From the IMG/VR virus record IMGVR_UViG_3300046744_000381, positions 64,001 through 128,000 of that record: a stretch of 64,000 nt of DNA; one strand, given 5' to 3'. Under the pieces are notes generated by a model, which had not been told where the DNA came from, searched no databases, and saw only the letters and a list, made by a program, of their open reading frames with translations. Of the stretch, positions 32,021-42,159 are shown piece after piece. This DNA comes from a virus. Every line of letters begins with the position of its first letter. Position 1 is the stretch's first letter. Both the position numbers and the translations under genes were made by a program.

Positions 32021-33145
32021 TTACCTTGGTAAAACGTAAGATTTACCATTTATAGATTTTACTCTTTCATTTCCGTATATAATTCCATTAAATAATCTTG
32101 CACCTTGTGGTATTATATCTTGTACTATGCCATTTGTGACATTTCTAATATCATTGTTTATATCCACTGGCAAGTTAGTTAATCCAAAGTTAATGCCATT
32201 ATTTGTTGTTAAAACTTTATCAAGTTCTGCTGCGGCAAATTCAGCACTTGCAGCTAAACTTCCAAATACATTATTTCCTGTCTGCGGAAATATTTTTGAA
32301 TCCATCTGTCGAGATGTTCCAGCTATTGCTCTAATATTATTTGCAGGATTAGTAGCAAAACTTATGCCTCCAGCGATAAGTCCAGCAGTAGTAGGATCAA
32401 TACTAGGCAATCCAACTTTATCTAAAACACGAGCACCTACACTAGCAATAGATCCATCAACGATAGCTTTCAATTCAGGATTTAAACCTTTATAAGCTGT
32501 ACTTAATGTATCACCTAAGCCTTTCACAGCCCCTGAAAAATCTTGTACAATTGGGCCCAATCCTGGTATACTGCCTATTGCGCCGCCAATATCTTCAAAT
32601 AATGTTTTTCCTACATCAACAAGTCCATTTGCTAATCCTCCTAATGCATCGCCAACTACACTACCAATAGATCCTACAACATTTCCAAACACATTAGTTA
32701 AACTTGTTGTGCTTAAAAGATTGCCCATTACATTTGGCAATAAGTTTGCAATACCTTGCAAAGCACCGCCTATAATTGAACTTAATCCTCCAGGTAATCC
32801 TTGTAAAAAACTATCTACTGTTGGTTGAATTATTCCAGATAATATATCTTCTATGGATGTACGTTCAGTAAGAAAAAATTCCTCAGGAGCAGGTGTTGTT
32901 CCTGAATAAGTTTGAGGTGTTTCGTCATTGTTAGGAGCAACTGGAGATGCAGCAGCAGCAGTTGTGGCAGGCGGGGGTGTATTTCTTTGATCTCTACCTC
33001 GTGGATCGTTTGCATCTGGATCTACTTGCGAACGTGTTCTACCCATTGCAGCATCTGCTTGTTGTTGATTAGTACGAGAAGATATTCTATCTGCACTGCC
33101 TTTAGTGCCAACTGCTCCATTATTTACAGGCCAAGTATCTGCCAT
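32021..33145 (-). CDS. Gly/Ala/Leu-rich hypothetical baseplate-region protein
   Basis: Disordered N-terminus, then Gly-rich amphipathic repeats; between gp5-like and gp25. Confidence 0.55.
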   Translation of the reverse strand: MADTWPVNNGAVGTKGSADRISSRTNQQQADAAMGRTRSQVDPDANDPRGRDQRNTPPPATTAAAASPVAPNNDETPQTYSGTTPAPEEFFLTERTSIEDILSGIIQPTVDSFLQGLPGGLSSIIGGALQGIANLLPNVMGNLLSTTSLTNVFGNVVGSIGSVVGDALGGLANGLVDVGKTLFEDIGGAIGSIPGLGPIVQDFSGAVKGLGDTLSTAYKGLNPELKAIVDGSIASVGARVLDKVGLPSIDPTTAGLIAGGISFATNPANNIRAIAGTSRQMDSKIFPQTGNNVFGSLAASAEFAAAELDKVLTTNNGINFGLTNLPVDINNDIRNVTNGIVQDIIPQGARLFNGIIYGNERVKSINGKSYVLPR

Positions 33146-33146
33146 T

Positions 33147-34721
33147 TTATTCTTCCTCTTCCGGTACTAAATCATTCATAGGTGTTCTATCTGTTTGCAC
33201 AGTTCTATTTTCATAATGTTTATCTTGGCTTTCTGTATCAACTGCTTCAGTTTTATCAGGTGCAGTTTCTAGTGGATTTAAATTTTCGTGTCCATTCCAA
33301 GGTTCGTGTTGTGGTATACGCTGAGGAAACTTAGCTTTTAAAGGCAATGTAGCATCTTCTGCTGCTTCAGCTGCCGGTCCGTTCATATCAATTCTGTCAG
33401 CAGTTTCTTTGTGGTGTGTTGATTTAATATGTGTTTCGCCTTCGGCTTGTATTCTAGTATTGCCGCCGCTTTTTTGATTTATTATTCCGCCTACTGTTGT
33501 TTTTAAATCTGTAGTTACAGTTGTTTCTAAATTATTTTTGCATTTTATTTTACCATCTACGCCTACTAATAATTCATAATTTTTTGCTACACTTTGATAA
33601 ATGTTTTCATTTACAATCATATTGATATTTCTACCAGCTTCAAAATTTATATCTCTATCTGCTGTAAAATTCATATCATTTTCTGTGTGAAAACTAATAC
33701 TGTCTTTTGCATACACATCTAGCTTACCATTTGCACTCATTTCAATCCAACAAGTTCCTTCACTATTGTTAATGTAAATCAAGTCTTCACTTGTATGCAT
33801 TAATACTTGTGCGCCGGTTCGTGTACGTAATCTAATTAATTCATTGTGCGGTATTGTTACATCACCGCCACCTTCGCTTGCTTCTTTGTTTAGATATTTT
33901 AAAGGTGTATCTTTTGATGATCCGTCTCTAATAAGTTTGTCATCACCGTCATCTATAACAATACTACTACTTCCAAGCCTACTAACTGGAATATTTGCTT
34001 TTGATTCTTTTAAGCCTACTGGTGCTGTTGGTTTTCCACCCCTTTTGTCTAAAGGTCCTGGACTACTAAAGCCAACTACTGCACTAGGTGTTTCTCTTTG
34101 AGCACTAGTAGAAGTAAGACCTCTAATTTCATCTTCAACTAATCCTTGTTCAATAAGTTTATCAACAAATTCATCATTTACTGGTCTTTTGTATTTTATT
34201 ACATTATTAGTATTAGGTTTTGTGATTGCTTTATTATATTCGCCTGCAGGTAAACGTTTTCCTTTTAGTTCACTTGGCACTTCGCCTGTGAGCTGTTCTG
34301 TAGCAGGCTGTCCTCCGGGTAACATAAAAGTCATTCCCTTTTCTGGAATACAAGCAAACCAATAGCCAAAGTCTCTACTGCCTTCAACAAATGTTACTAA
34401 AACTAAACTGCCAGGATCTGGCGGCACTGCCCAAAATCCATAACTTTTTTGTGTACTTGCATAATCTTCGTTTTTGCGAGGACCATTTTGTGTATTAGTT
34501 GTTCCATAGAAAGGACTTGCATAGTAAACTTCTACTGTTTGTCCTAATGTTTCTCCAATATTTCCAGCTTCTGAAGTTTTTAATAATTCAACTCTTAGCC
34601 CACCTAGATATAAACTATCTAAATGTTCAATTACTCTTGCAATATACGGGCCGGGATTTCGTGTTGAACTTCCGTCGTCACTAATACGTGTTACTTCGTT
34701 TTGATTTGGATTATTGTTCAT
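33147..34721 (-). CDS. gp5: Baseplate hub/central spike protein gp5-like (no lysozyme domain evident)
   Basis: N-terminal OB-fold (GPYIARV...SYGFWAVPPDPGSLVLVTF), RLRTRTGAQVLM, C-terminal beta-helix repeats, RIPQHEPW. Confidence 0.75.
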   Translation of the reverse strand: MNNNPNQNEVTRISDDGSSTRNPGPYIARVIEHLDSLYLGGLRVELLKTSEAGNIGETLGQTVEVYYASPFYGTTNTQNGPRKNEDYASTQKSYGFWAVPPDPGSLVLVTFVEGSRDFGYWFACIPEKGMTFMLPGGQPATEQLTGEVPSELKGKRLPAGEYNKAITKPNTNNVIKYKRPVNDEFVDKLIEQGLVEDEIRGLTSTSAQRETPSAVVGFSSPGPLDKRGGKPTAPVGLKESKANIPVSRLGSSSIVIDDGDDKLIRDGSSKDTPLKYLNKEASEGGGDVTIPHNELIRLRTRTGAQVLMHTSEDLIYINNSEGTCWIEMSANGKLDVYAKDSISFHTENDMNFTADRDINFEAGRNINMIVNENIYQSVAKNYELLVGVDGKIKCKNNLETTVTTDLKTTVGGIINQKSGGNTRIQAEGETHIKSTHHKETADRIDMNGPAAEAAEDATLPLKAKFPQRIPQHEPWNGHENLNPLETAPDKTEAVDTESQDKHYENRTVQTDRTPMNDLVPEEEE

Positions 34722-37049
34722 TTATTTAGATCCATATGCAGTATAACTTGTTTGATTAGGTGTAGCATTTGTTACTTTAGTCTTTTGATCACTTGTGCCA
34801 GCTTGTTTAGAGTCTTCTGGCTGATTAGGTCTTCTAAGTAACTTTAAACGTTGTGTAAATTGTCCTTTATCAAAAGTACTTTGTAAAGTTGTTACTCTAT
34901 ACAAGCCGCTAAAGCTATCAACTGGAATAGTTTCTTCTGGAAATATCATACTACCGTTTTCATTATAATCAATCGGTGTTCTAAAGTTTACAATTACATC
35001 AACTTCACTTCTTTGATATTCCATTGATTCGTTTTCGTTTTCATTAAAATTTATAGTTGTAGATGTAAAATTGCCCATTCCGCTATCAAACAAATAATAC
35101 GGATCGCCTACAATTTCTAAGTCTAACATCACTAAATCAGTAAAACTATTAATAATATTATCATTAAACATTTTTGCTATCCGTATTTTACTATTATCTA
35201 TGCCTGCGCCGCCACCGCCTTGTAAACTACTTCTGTTTGTTGCAATTTGTTGTGCAAATCCTGTTCCACTTAGACTATTTGTAGCTTGATTTATGATAAA
35301 GGCATCGGTCTTTTGTCCAGTAATATTTTGTTGTAAGCCGCCACCTTTTCTATCTAGGTTATTTTGTCCTAAATCTGACATTATACTCTTAAAAAATGCT
35401 GCATTTATTTGTATATCAAATCCAAGCACATCAACATTTTGTCCTGTGTAGATATAATTGTATTCTCTTTTTGCAAGTGATTTAAGTTGTTCATAATTTA
35501 ATCCAGGATCAGATGGTTTTTGTAATGCACTACTATGAACTTTATACGGAACTACTCTATAATGATAAGTTTTTGCTGTTGTTCCGTCCTGTTGTTCTCT
35601 AGTAGCACCGTCTTTCACAAAAGTTTGAGCATCTATTCTAAACCAATCAATCATACCGTTTTCGTCTGCAGGTTTATCTTTAAGTTCTGTGGCCCAACTA
35701 GAAGTAGTAACAACTTCTTCAATAATTCTTGTTAATTTTGTATCGCTATCAAAAGTAAAACTTCTTTGAACTGGATCTATAACATTTTTACCTCTAGTAT
35801 AAACTTTGTTTTTCTTATCATATTGTTGTCCGCTTTTTCCCATAGGTACTTTGCCGCCATCATTATAACTTTTTGCAATATCTGCATTACCAATTAAGTT
35901 TATACTACCCGCATCTTGCGCAATTCGAGTTAATCCTTCGCCTATACTACTTTTACTAAAAATTAATCCTGTAACACTACTTAAAAAAGCATCAAAATCT
36001 TGCGGTGCTTGTGCTCCAAGGAAACCAGTAACACTTTGAAATACACTATTGATATCTCCTGACCTAAATGCATTTAAAACTCCGTTAAGAGCACCAAAAT
36101 TTGCTCCGCCGAACGCTCCTCCTAGTGCTCCAACTATACCACCGCCAAGTGCAGCCCTGCCAAGATTTTTTTCTCCGGCAATTGCACCTGCTACTACACC
36201 GCCTATAACACCTTTTGCTAAATTTCCAAACAGCGGATTGCGTGATTTTTTAGGAGTAATAGTTGCTCCTCTATCAACTGTATTAGTTTTTTGTGAATTA
36301 CTTATACTCGATGCAATATCACTTGGAAATGATATTACAATTTCGTCAGCAACGGGAAAATTTCCTTCTGCTCGCAGTTCTTCGTATCTTCCATTTATTA
36401 CAGTTGTTAAACTTTCAGGTCCTGTTTGTAATATTTCTACAACATTTTTTCCTGTAACAGTAATATCGCTATATGTTCTGTCTATCTGATCTATTAATGC
36501 TTGTTCGTTCCACGGAATAGCTGTAACAGAATAAGTTGTGCCTTGGGCAGCTATATTAAATTCAACATTTGCTAATTTTAATGGTATTTTCCTTTGTAAA
36601 TTTTTTGTATCAACTGTAACGGGATTACCGTCGTCATCAAATCCTACAAATTCTATAGTTAACAAAAAAGGCGCTTGAATATAGTTTGTATATCCAGCTT
36701 GTAGTGCTCCAATTTGCAAAGTTTGTAAAAATAATCCCATACTATATGGTTCAATTACTTGAAACTCAATATTTGTTGCATTTGTAAGCCTAGTTTTTGT
36801 ATTTGGTACAACAATTGCTTCAATGTTGACATCTTCGATAAAATATTCTAATTTGCCGCCAATTTGCTCTTCAAAAACTGTTGAAACAAAAGATTCGCTT
36901 TTACCACCACTACGTAAAATCTCTAACTGCGGCGTGCCATTGATATATGTCTCGTCAGGATAATTTATTTCTTCTTTTGTTAATACAGCCAAAGTGAAAA
37001 TACAATTATAACTAGAATAAACGTGTAACGGATTAATTTCTTTTGCCAT
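34722..37049 (-). CDS. Baseplate hub protein (gp27/GpD-like)
   Basis: LDLEIVGDPYY...FSGLYRVTTLQSTFDKGQFTQRLKL, typical hub C-terminus; located between gp53 and gp5. Confidence 0.6.
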   Translation of the reverse strand: MAKEINPLHVYSSYNCIFTLAVLTKEEINYPDETYINGTPQLEILRSGGKSESFVSTVFEEQIGGKLEYFIEDVNIEAIVVPNTKTRLTNATNIEFQVIEPYSMGLFLQTLQIGALQAGYTNYIQAPFLLTIEFVGFDDDGNPVTVDTKNLQRKIPLKLANVEFNIAAQGTTYSVTAIPWNEQALIDQIDRTYSDITVTGKNVVEILQTGPESLTTVINGRYEELRAEGNFPVADEIVISFPSDIASSISNSQKTNTVDRGATITPKKSRNPLFGNLAKGVIGGVVAGAIAGEKNLGRAALGGGIVGALGGAFGGANFGALNGVLNAFRSGDINSVFQSVTGFLGAQAPQDFDAFLSSVTGLIFSKSSIGEGLTRIAQDAGSINLIGNADIAKSYNDGGKVPMGKSGQQYDKKNKVYTRGKNVIDPVQRSFTFDSDTKLTRIIEEVVTTSSWATELKDKPADENGMIDWFRIDAQTFVKDGATREQQDGTTAKTYHYRVVPYKVHSSALQKPSDPGLNYEQLKSLAKREYNYIYTGQNVDVLGFDIQINAAFFKSIMSDLGQNNLDRKGGGLQQNITGQKTDAFIINQATNSLSGTGFAQQIATNRSSLQGGGGAGIDNSKIRIAKMFNDNIINSFTDLVMLDLEIVGDPYYLFDSGMGNFTSTTINFNENENESMEYQRSEVDVIVNFRTPIDYNENGSMIFPEETIPVDSFSGLYRVTTLQSTFDKGQFTQRLKLLRRPNQPEDSKQAGTSDQKTKVTNATPNQTSYTAYGSK

Positions 37050-37355
37050 TTACAATCCTAATTCATCTTTGAGATTACTTTGTTTTGGTAAAAATATCTT
37101 AAGTCCTGATTTTATATCAAATACTGGATCTTTTACTATGTCCATATTGCGCTGCGCAAATACCCACCATAGTTTTGGTGTTCCGTACAAGTCATATGCT
37201 AGTAAATCGGGTCTATGATTGTATTGAGGCTCAACTTCGTATAAAATATCATCATCTTCAGCAGGAATAGGAACTATTTCTAATATTCCTAATTCGCCCG
37301 ATTCGGTTACAGTAGTTTTATTCCAAGGACTTGTTTTTGCATAAGTTGCTACCAT
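37050..37355 (-). CDS. gp53: Baseplate wedge subunit gp53-like (LysM-like)
   Basis: RPDLLAYDLYGTPKLWWVFAQRN. Confidence 0.85.
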   Translation of the reverse strand: MVATYAKTSPWNKTTVTESGELGILEIVPIPAEDDDILYEVEPQYNHRPDLLAYDLYGTPKLWWVFAQRNMDIVKDPVFDIKSGLKIFLPKQSNLKDELGL

Positions 37356-38188
37356 TATAAAAACCCTTCACTATTCAAATCACCATTTACAAATCTATCT
37401 AAACTGAAATTTGCTGCTTTTGCTCTACTGTATGTTGGCTGTAATGTTAAACTTATTGTTGATAATGTTGGCACCCAAGAGTATTCTTCAACACCAGCGG
37501 GTTGATTAGTTCCCCTAAAATTAGTTCTTACAGGGACTCTAATATAATCTACACCATTTTCCAAACTATAATTAAAGTTTTGCACAACACAAGGCACATT
37601 ATTTAAAACATATTGTCCGTATCCATTTACTTTAACAAGTGGCGGCGGAGATCCTTTATTACTAGTATCACCAAATGCCATTTTTGTAATACTTTTAAAA
37701 AAATGAACTGCTGCTATCCAATATCTTCCATCTTCTTCTGTTTGTACAGGAAATTCGCCTGCAATTACAAAAGGTTCAACACTGCTATTCTCATATATTG
37801 GAAAAGGATAATTACTATGTGTAGGAGCTGCTAAACTGTAATTCGCTGTATGCTGAAATGTAATATTAGGTACAAGAGGAAAAACAACATTATTCCCTGT
37901 TTGTACAAGAGGAGCTAGAATAGGACTGGATCTAAATGTACTAATGTCAGGAACACTAATTCTCACTCGCCAATCTTCGCCTACAGATTCGTTGCTAGGT
38001 TTAAAATTAGCAGTAGCATATTTTGCACTTGCTGGTTCTGCACCTGGTGATAAATTACGCTTACGCAGGTTACTCATAAATTGGTTTACATTAGTAAGAA
38101 AATCTGATATACCTTGTTTATTTTGTATATTATTTTGACTACCAATGTTACTGTCAATACCTGTGATTGGATCAATTGCCATTGTCAT
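37355..38188 (-). CDS. Tail tube initiator / baseplate-tube junction protein (gp48/gp54-like)
   Basis: GSPPPLVKVNGYGQYVLNNVPCVVQNFNYSL motif of tube-fold initiators. Confidence 0.6.
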   Translation of the reverse strand: MTMAIDPITGIDSNIGSQNNIQNKQGISDFLTNVNQFMSNLRKRNLSPGAEPASAKYATANFKPSNESVGEDWRVRISVPDISTFRSSPILAPLVQTGNNVVFPLVPNITFQHTANYSLAAPTHSNYPFPIYENSSVEPFVIAGEFPVQTEEDGRYWIAAVHFFKSITKMAFGDTSNKGSPPPLVKVNGYGQYVLNNVPCVVQNFNYSLENGVDYIRVPVRTNFRGTNQPAGVEEYSWVPTLSTISLTLQPTYSRAKAANFSLDRFVNGDLNSEGFL

Positions 38189-38193
38189 ACTCC

Positions 38194-38209
38194 TATAATG
38201 TATTTAGTT
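38194..38209 (-). promoter_or_regulatory. gp55-type late promoter for the baseplate operon
   Basis: AACTAAATACATTATA on the minus strand, followed by GGAG SD. Confidence 0.65.
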
Positions 38210-38236
38210 GACAAAAATAAGTGCGTAGTTTATAAT
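38208..38236 (+). promoter_or_regulatory. Consensus sigma70 promoter for gp55
   Basis: TTGACA (38208-38213), 17 nt, TATAAT (38231-38236). Confidence 0.9.
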
Positions 38237-38256
38237 AGTATAGTAAAGGAACAAAT

Positions 38257-39081
38257 ATGGCAAAACGAGTAAATTATCTTAATAATAAAGATATGTTAAA
38301 AGAAATACATAAAAGCAAAGCTACATTTTGTAGTTATGTTGACCCAGACTACGCTTTATATGATATTATACTACCTAGTGTAGACAAAATTAATGTTAGA
38401 ACAATAGCAGAAGCAAAAAGAAATCGTGCTAAAAAAATGTCAACCGAAGCATATGAAGCAGGTAAAGCAGTTAATAAAAAAGTTAAAATGTCAGAATACG
38501 AAGTTGACTACAAAACTATCAACAAAAATTCTTTAATTTTTAGAGTAATGATGTTTGATCATATCCCAGACGAACCTGGACGCAAAAAAACTCCAAAAAC
38601 TGTTGCTGATACAAAAACAAAACTTAACTTTCCTCCTTTTCAGCATTATAAGTTTGATGAAAATAACGAACTTGTATGTATAGGTAAAAGTCATTGGCAA
38701 GGTGGTATGGAAAATGGGCATTTTGATAAAACTCACGGAAAAGCAACTAATGAGCTTGCACGTATGTGGATGAAACTAGTTGATAGATATGCAACAAGAG
38801 GCAACGTTCGTGGTTATACATATAACGACGAAATGAAAGGCCAAGCAATACTACAATTATCACAAATAGGACTACAATTTGATGAAAGTAAATCTAATAA
38901 TCCTTTTGCATACTACACTGCTGCTGTTACTAATAGTTTTGTTCGTGTTATTAATTTAGAAAAACGTAATCAAAATATAAGAGATGATATATTAGAAATG
39001 AATAATCTCAATCCTTCGCATACTAGACAACATTCAGGCGAATGGGAAGCAGCACTTAAAAGAGAATCAGAGAAGAAATAA
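38257..39081 (+). CDS. gp55: Late transcription sigma factor gp55-like
   Basis: YLNNKDML; RGYTYNDEM...FDESKSNNPFAYYT...SFVRVINLEK; directly before gp47/gp46 as in T4. Confidence 0.85.
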   Translation: MAKRVNYLNNKDMLKEIHKSKATFCSYVDPDYALYDIILPSVDKINVRTIAEAKRNRAKKMSTEAYEAGKAVNKKVKMSEYEVDYKTINKNSLIFRVMMFDHIPDEPGRKKTPKTVADTKTKLNFPPFQHYKFDENNELVCIGKSHWQGGMENGHFDKTHGKATNELARMWMKLVDRYATRGNVRGYTYNDEMKGQAILQLSQIGLQFDESKSNNPFAYYTAAVTNSFVRVINLEKRNQNIRDDILEMNNLNPSHTRQHSGEWEAALKRESEKK

Positions 39082-39083
39082 GG

Positions 39084-39112
39084 TTGATTTTCTGATCAAT
39101 CTACGTTATACT
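39084..39112 (+). promoter_or_regulatory. Sigma70-type promoter for gp47/gp46
   Basis: TTGATT, 17 nt, TATACT. Confidence 0.6.
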
Positions 39113-39134
39113 GCTAGAGAAATGGAGAATATTC

Positions 39135-40148
39135 GTGTTTAACAAAGCCGCAGTGTTTACTGACATACATTTAGGTATGAAGGGTAACTCACGTGTCCAC
39201 AATCAGGACTGTGAGGACTATATCGAGTGGTATATTGAACAAGCTAAGGCTAATAATTGTGAAACTGGCTTGTTTTGTGGCGACTGGCACCATAATAGAA
39301 ACAGTCTTAACCTTACAACTATGGATACAACTATTAGGCTGCTAGAAAAACTAGGTGCTGCCTTTGAAAACTTTTATATGTTTGCTGGTAACCACGACTT
39401 GTACTACAAAGACAAGCGTGATATCAGTTCAACTGAGTTTGCAAGACACATACCGGGCATTACCGTAATAGATCAAATGATGGTCCAAGACGATGTTGCA
39501 CTGGTTCCGTGGTTAGTTGGTGAAGAGTGGAAGAAGATCGAAAAGTTAAAAGCAAAATACTTGTTTGGTCACTTCGAACTCCCATCGTTTTATATGAACG
39601 CTATGGTACAGATGCCAGACCACGGAGAACTAAAAGCCGAACACTTCAAGAATCAAGAATATGTGTTCAGTGGACACTTCCACAAGCGTCAGAAACAAGG
39701 CAAGGTGCATTACATCGGTAATGCATTTCCTCATAACTACGCTGATGCGTGGGACGATGCACGTGGTATGATGATACTGGACCGCGAAAACAATGCAGAA
39801 CCGGAATATATCAACTGGCCGCAGTGTCCTAAGTATCGTACAGTCAAGCTATCAAAGCTGATCGACGAGAAAGATACACTGATCAAACCGAATATGTATT
39901 TGCGAGTTACACTCGACATTGATATTAGCTACGAAGAAGCAAGCTATATTAAAGAAACATTTATGGAACAGTTTGAATGTAGAGAGATTACATTAATTCC
40001 ACAGAAACATATAGAAGAAATTAACACAGACTTGGATATCGAACAGTTTGAAAGTGTAGATCAAATTGTTAGCAACGAGATTCAAGCAATCGACAGCGAA
40101 CAGTTTAATAAGAAACTGTTATTAGACATTTACAACGAGTTAGTATGA
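39135..40148 (+). CDS. gp47: Recombination endonuclease subunit (Mre11/SbcD family)
   Basis: Metallophosphoesterase motifs DIHLG, GDWHH, GNHD, GHFE, SGHFH. Confidence 0.95.
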   Translation: MFNKAAVFTDIHLGMKGNSRVHNQDCEDYIEWYIEQAKANNCETGLFCGDWHHNRNSLNLTTMDTTIRLLEKLGAAFENFYMFAGNHDLYYKDKRDISSTEFARHIPGITVIDQMMVQDDVALVPWLVGEEWKKIEKLKAKYLFGHFELPSFYMNAMVQMPDHGELKAEHFKNQEYVFSGHFHKRQKQGKVHYIGNAFPHNYADAWDDARGMMILDRENNAEPEYINWPQCPKYRTVKLSKLIDEKDTLIKPNMYLRVTLDIDISYEEASYIKETFMEQFECREITLIPQKHIEEINTDLDIEQFESVDQIVSNEIQAIDSEQFNKKLLLDIYNELV

Positions 40149-41920
40149 TAAAAATTAAAGATTTAACCGTAAAGAACTTTATGAGTGTGGGTAATGTGAC
40201 CCAAGCAGTCGACTTTAACAAAGAACAACTGACTTTAGTACTCGGCGAAAACTTAGATCAAGGCGGCGACGATACTGGATCACGTAATGGTACCGGTAAA
40301 ACAACTATAATTAATGCATTAAGCTATGCATTATATGGTACAGCTTTAACAAATATTAAACGCAACAACTTAATTAACAAAACTAACAGCAAAGGTATGT
40401 TAGTAACACTTAATTTTGAGAAGGCTGGTAACAAATACCGCATTGAACGTGGTCGATCTCCAAATATTCTTAAGTTTTACATAAACGATCACGAACAAAA
40501 AGAAGATATAGACGAATCTCAAGGAGATAGTCGTCAAACACAAAAAGAAATTGACAGTTTACTTGATATGAGCCACGATATGTTCAAACACGTTGTTGCA
40601 TTGAACACATATACAGAACCTTTTCTTAGTATGCGAGCAAATGACCAACGTGCAATCATTGAACAGTTACTTGGTATTACTATTCTCACCGAAAAAGCAG
40701 ATTTGCTAAAAGATAAAGTAAAACAAACAAAAGAATATATCACAGAAGAAACATTAAAAATTAATGCTATCGAATCTAGCAATAAAAAGATTGAACAAAG
40801 CATTGAAACACTAGCCGGAAGACAAAAAGCTTGGTTTGCAAAGCAAAAACAAGATATCGAAAGGCTAGATAACGCAATCGAAGAATTAGAAAAGCTAGAT
40901 ATTGATATTGAACTAGATGCACACGATAAATTAGTCAATTGGACTGAACTAAACAATCGTTTAACAAGTTTAAACAAGGAAAAAGCAACACTTGAGAGTG
41001 CATTAATGAGAGCAACTAAAAGTGTTGACAAAGCAGAGAAAGATGTAAAAGAACTTGACGATGCAACCTGTTATACTTGTGGTCAAGCACTACACGCGGA
41101 TAAAAAAGCAGAAATAGAAACAAGAAAACAAAAAGAACTAACCGATGCATTAGCATATCAAACAGAAGTTGCCGATAAACTAGAAAGTACAATGACTTTG
41201 TTAGAGGATATAGGCGATATTAACGGACGTCCAAATACATTTTATGAAAGTGCAAAAGAAGCTTACGAACATAGAAACAATGTAGATAACTTTCGTCAAA
41301 GTTTGGTAAGTAAACAGCAGGAAGACGATCCATATCAAGCACAAATTGACGATTTAACAGATACAGCTCTTCAAACTATTGATTGGCAAAATGTAAATGA
41401 CTTGACTAATGTAAAAGAACACCAAGAGTTTCTTTTGAAATTGTTAACAAACAAAGACAGTTTCATACGCAAAAAGATAATTGATCAAAACTTAGCATAC
41501 TTAAACAACAGGCTCACATATTATTTAGACAGATTAGGCTTACCACATCAAGTTGAATTCCAAAACGATTTAGCAGTTGAGATTACACAACTAGGACAAG
41601 ACTTAGATTTTGATAACTTGAGTAGAGGCGAACGCAACAGGCTAATACTAGGAATGAGTTTTGCATTTAGAGACGTTTGGGAATCATTGTACCAAGGTGT
41701 AAACTTGCTGTTCATTGATGAACTTATTGACAGTGGTATGGATACTGCTGGCGTTGAAGGTGCATTGGCTGTACTTAAAAAGATGGGTAGAGAACGTCAA
41801 AAAAATGTATTCCTTATTTCACACAAAGATGAATTAGTTGGTAGGGTGAACAATGTAATGAAAGTTATCAAAGAAAATGGTTTTACATCTTACGAAAACG
41901 ACATAGAAATTATAGAATGA
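40145..41920 (+). CDS. gp46: Recombination endonuclease ATPase subunit (Rad50/SbcC family)
   Basis: Walker A NGTGKTT, coiled coil with CYTC zinc hook, LSRGE signature, LLFIDE Walker B, ISH. Confidence 0.95.
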   Translation: MIKIKDLTVKNFMSVGNVTQAVDFNKEQLTLVLGENLDQGGDDTGSRNGTGKTTIINALSYALYGTALTNIKRNNLINKTNSKGMLVTLNFEKAGNKYRIERGRSPNILKFYINDHEQKEDIDESQGDSRQTQKEIDSLLDMSHDMFKHVVALNTYTEPFLSMRANDQRAIIEQLLGITILTEKADLLKDKVKQTKEYITEETLKINAIESSNKKIEQSIETLAGRQKAWFAKQKQDIERLDNAIEELEKLDIDIELDAHDKLVNWTELNNRLTSLNKEKATLESALMRATKSVDKAEKDVKELDDATCYTCGQALHADKKAEIETRKQKELTDALAYQTEVADKLESTMTLLEDIGDINGRPNTFYESAKEAYEHRNNVDNFRQSLVSKQQEDDPYQAQIDDLTDTALQTIDWQNVNDLTNVKEHQEFLLKLLTNKDSFIRKKIIDQNLAYLNNRLTYYLDRLGLPHQVEFQNDLAVEITQLGQDLDFDNLSRGERNRLILGMSFAFRDVWESLYQGVNLLFIDELIDSGMDTAGVEGALAVLKKMGRERQKNVFLISHKDELVGRVNNVMKVIKENGFTSYENDIEIIE

Positions 41921-42156
41921 CAGACGACACACACGACAAACTAGTACAAACATATTTAGAATATTTTAGGGCAAACGAAAAGTTTGAACAAAGTCCTAGT
42001 GAAGCAAACAAACGCACAGCTAGAAGAGAACTTAGAAAACTTATTACACTAGCAAAAACAAGGCAAGAAGAAGTTGCAAAAAAATACGAAGAAGTACTTA
42101 GAGGCTACAGAGAAAATCAGAAATGGCAGACTAATAGAAAACATCCGTATACATAA
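41917..42156 (+). CDS. Small basic helical protein (possibly Hc1/histone-like)
   Basis: EKFEQ...ANKRTARRELRKLITLAK; ATGA overlap with gp46. Confidence 0.4.
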   Translation: MTDDTHDKLVQTYLEYFRANEKFEQSPSEANKRTARRELRKLITLAKTRQEEVAKKYEEVLRGYRENQKWQTNRKHPYT

Positions 42157-42159
42157 AGT

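Noticed and set aside
14278-38188. Bacterial contractile injection system or tailocin locus
   Set aside because: Portal, protease, scaffold, capsid, gp55 and gp46/47 show a complete T4-like phage.
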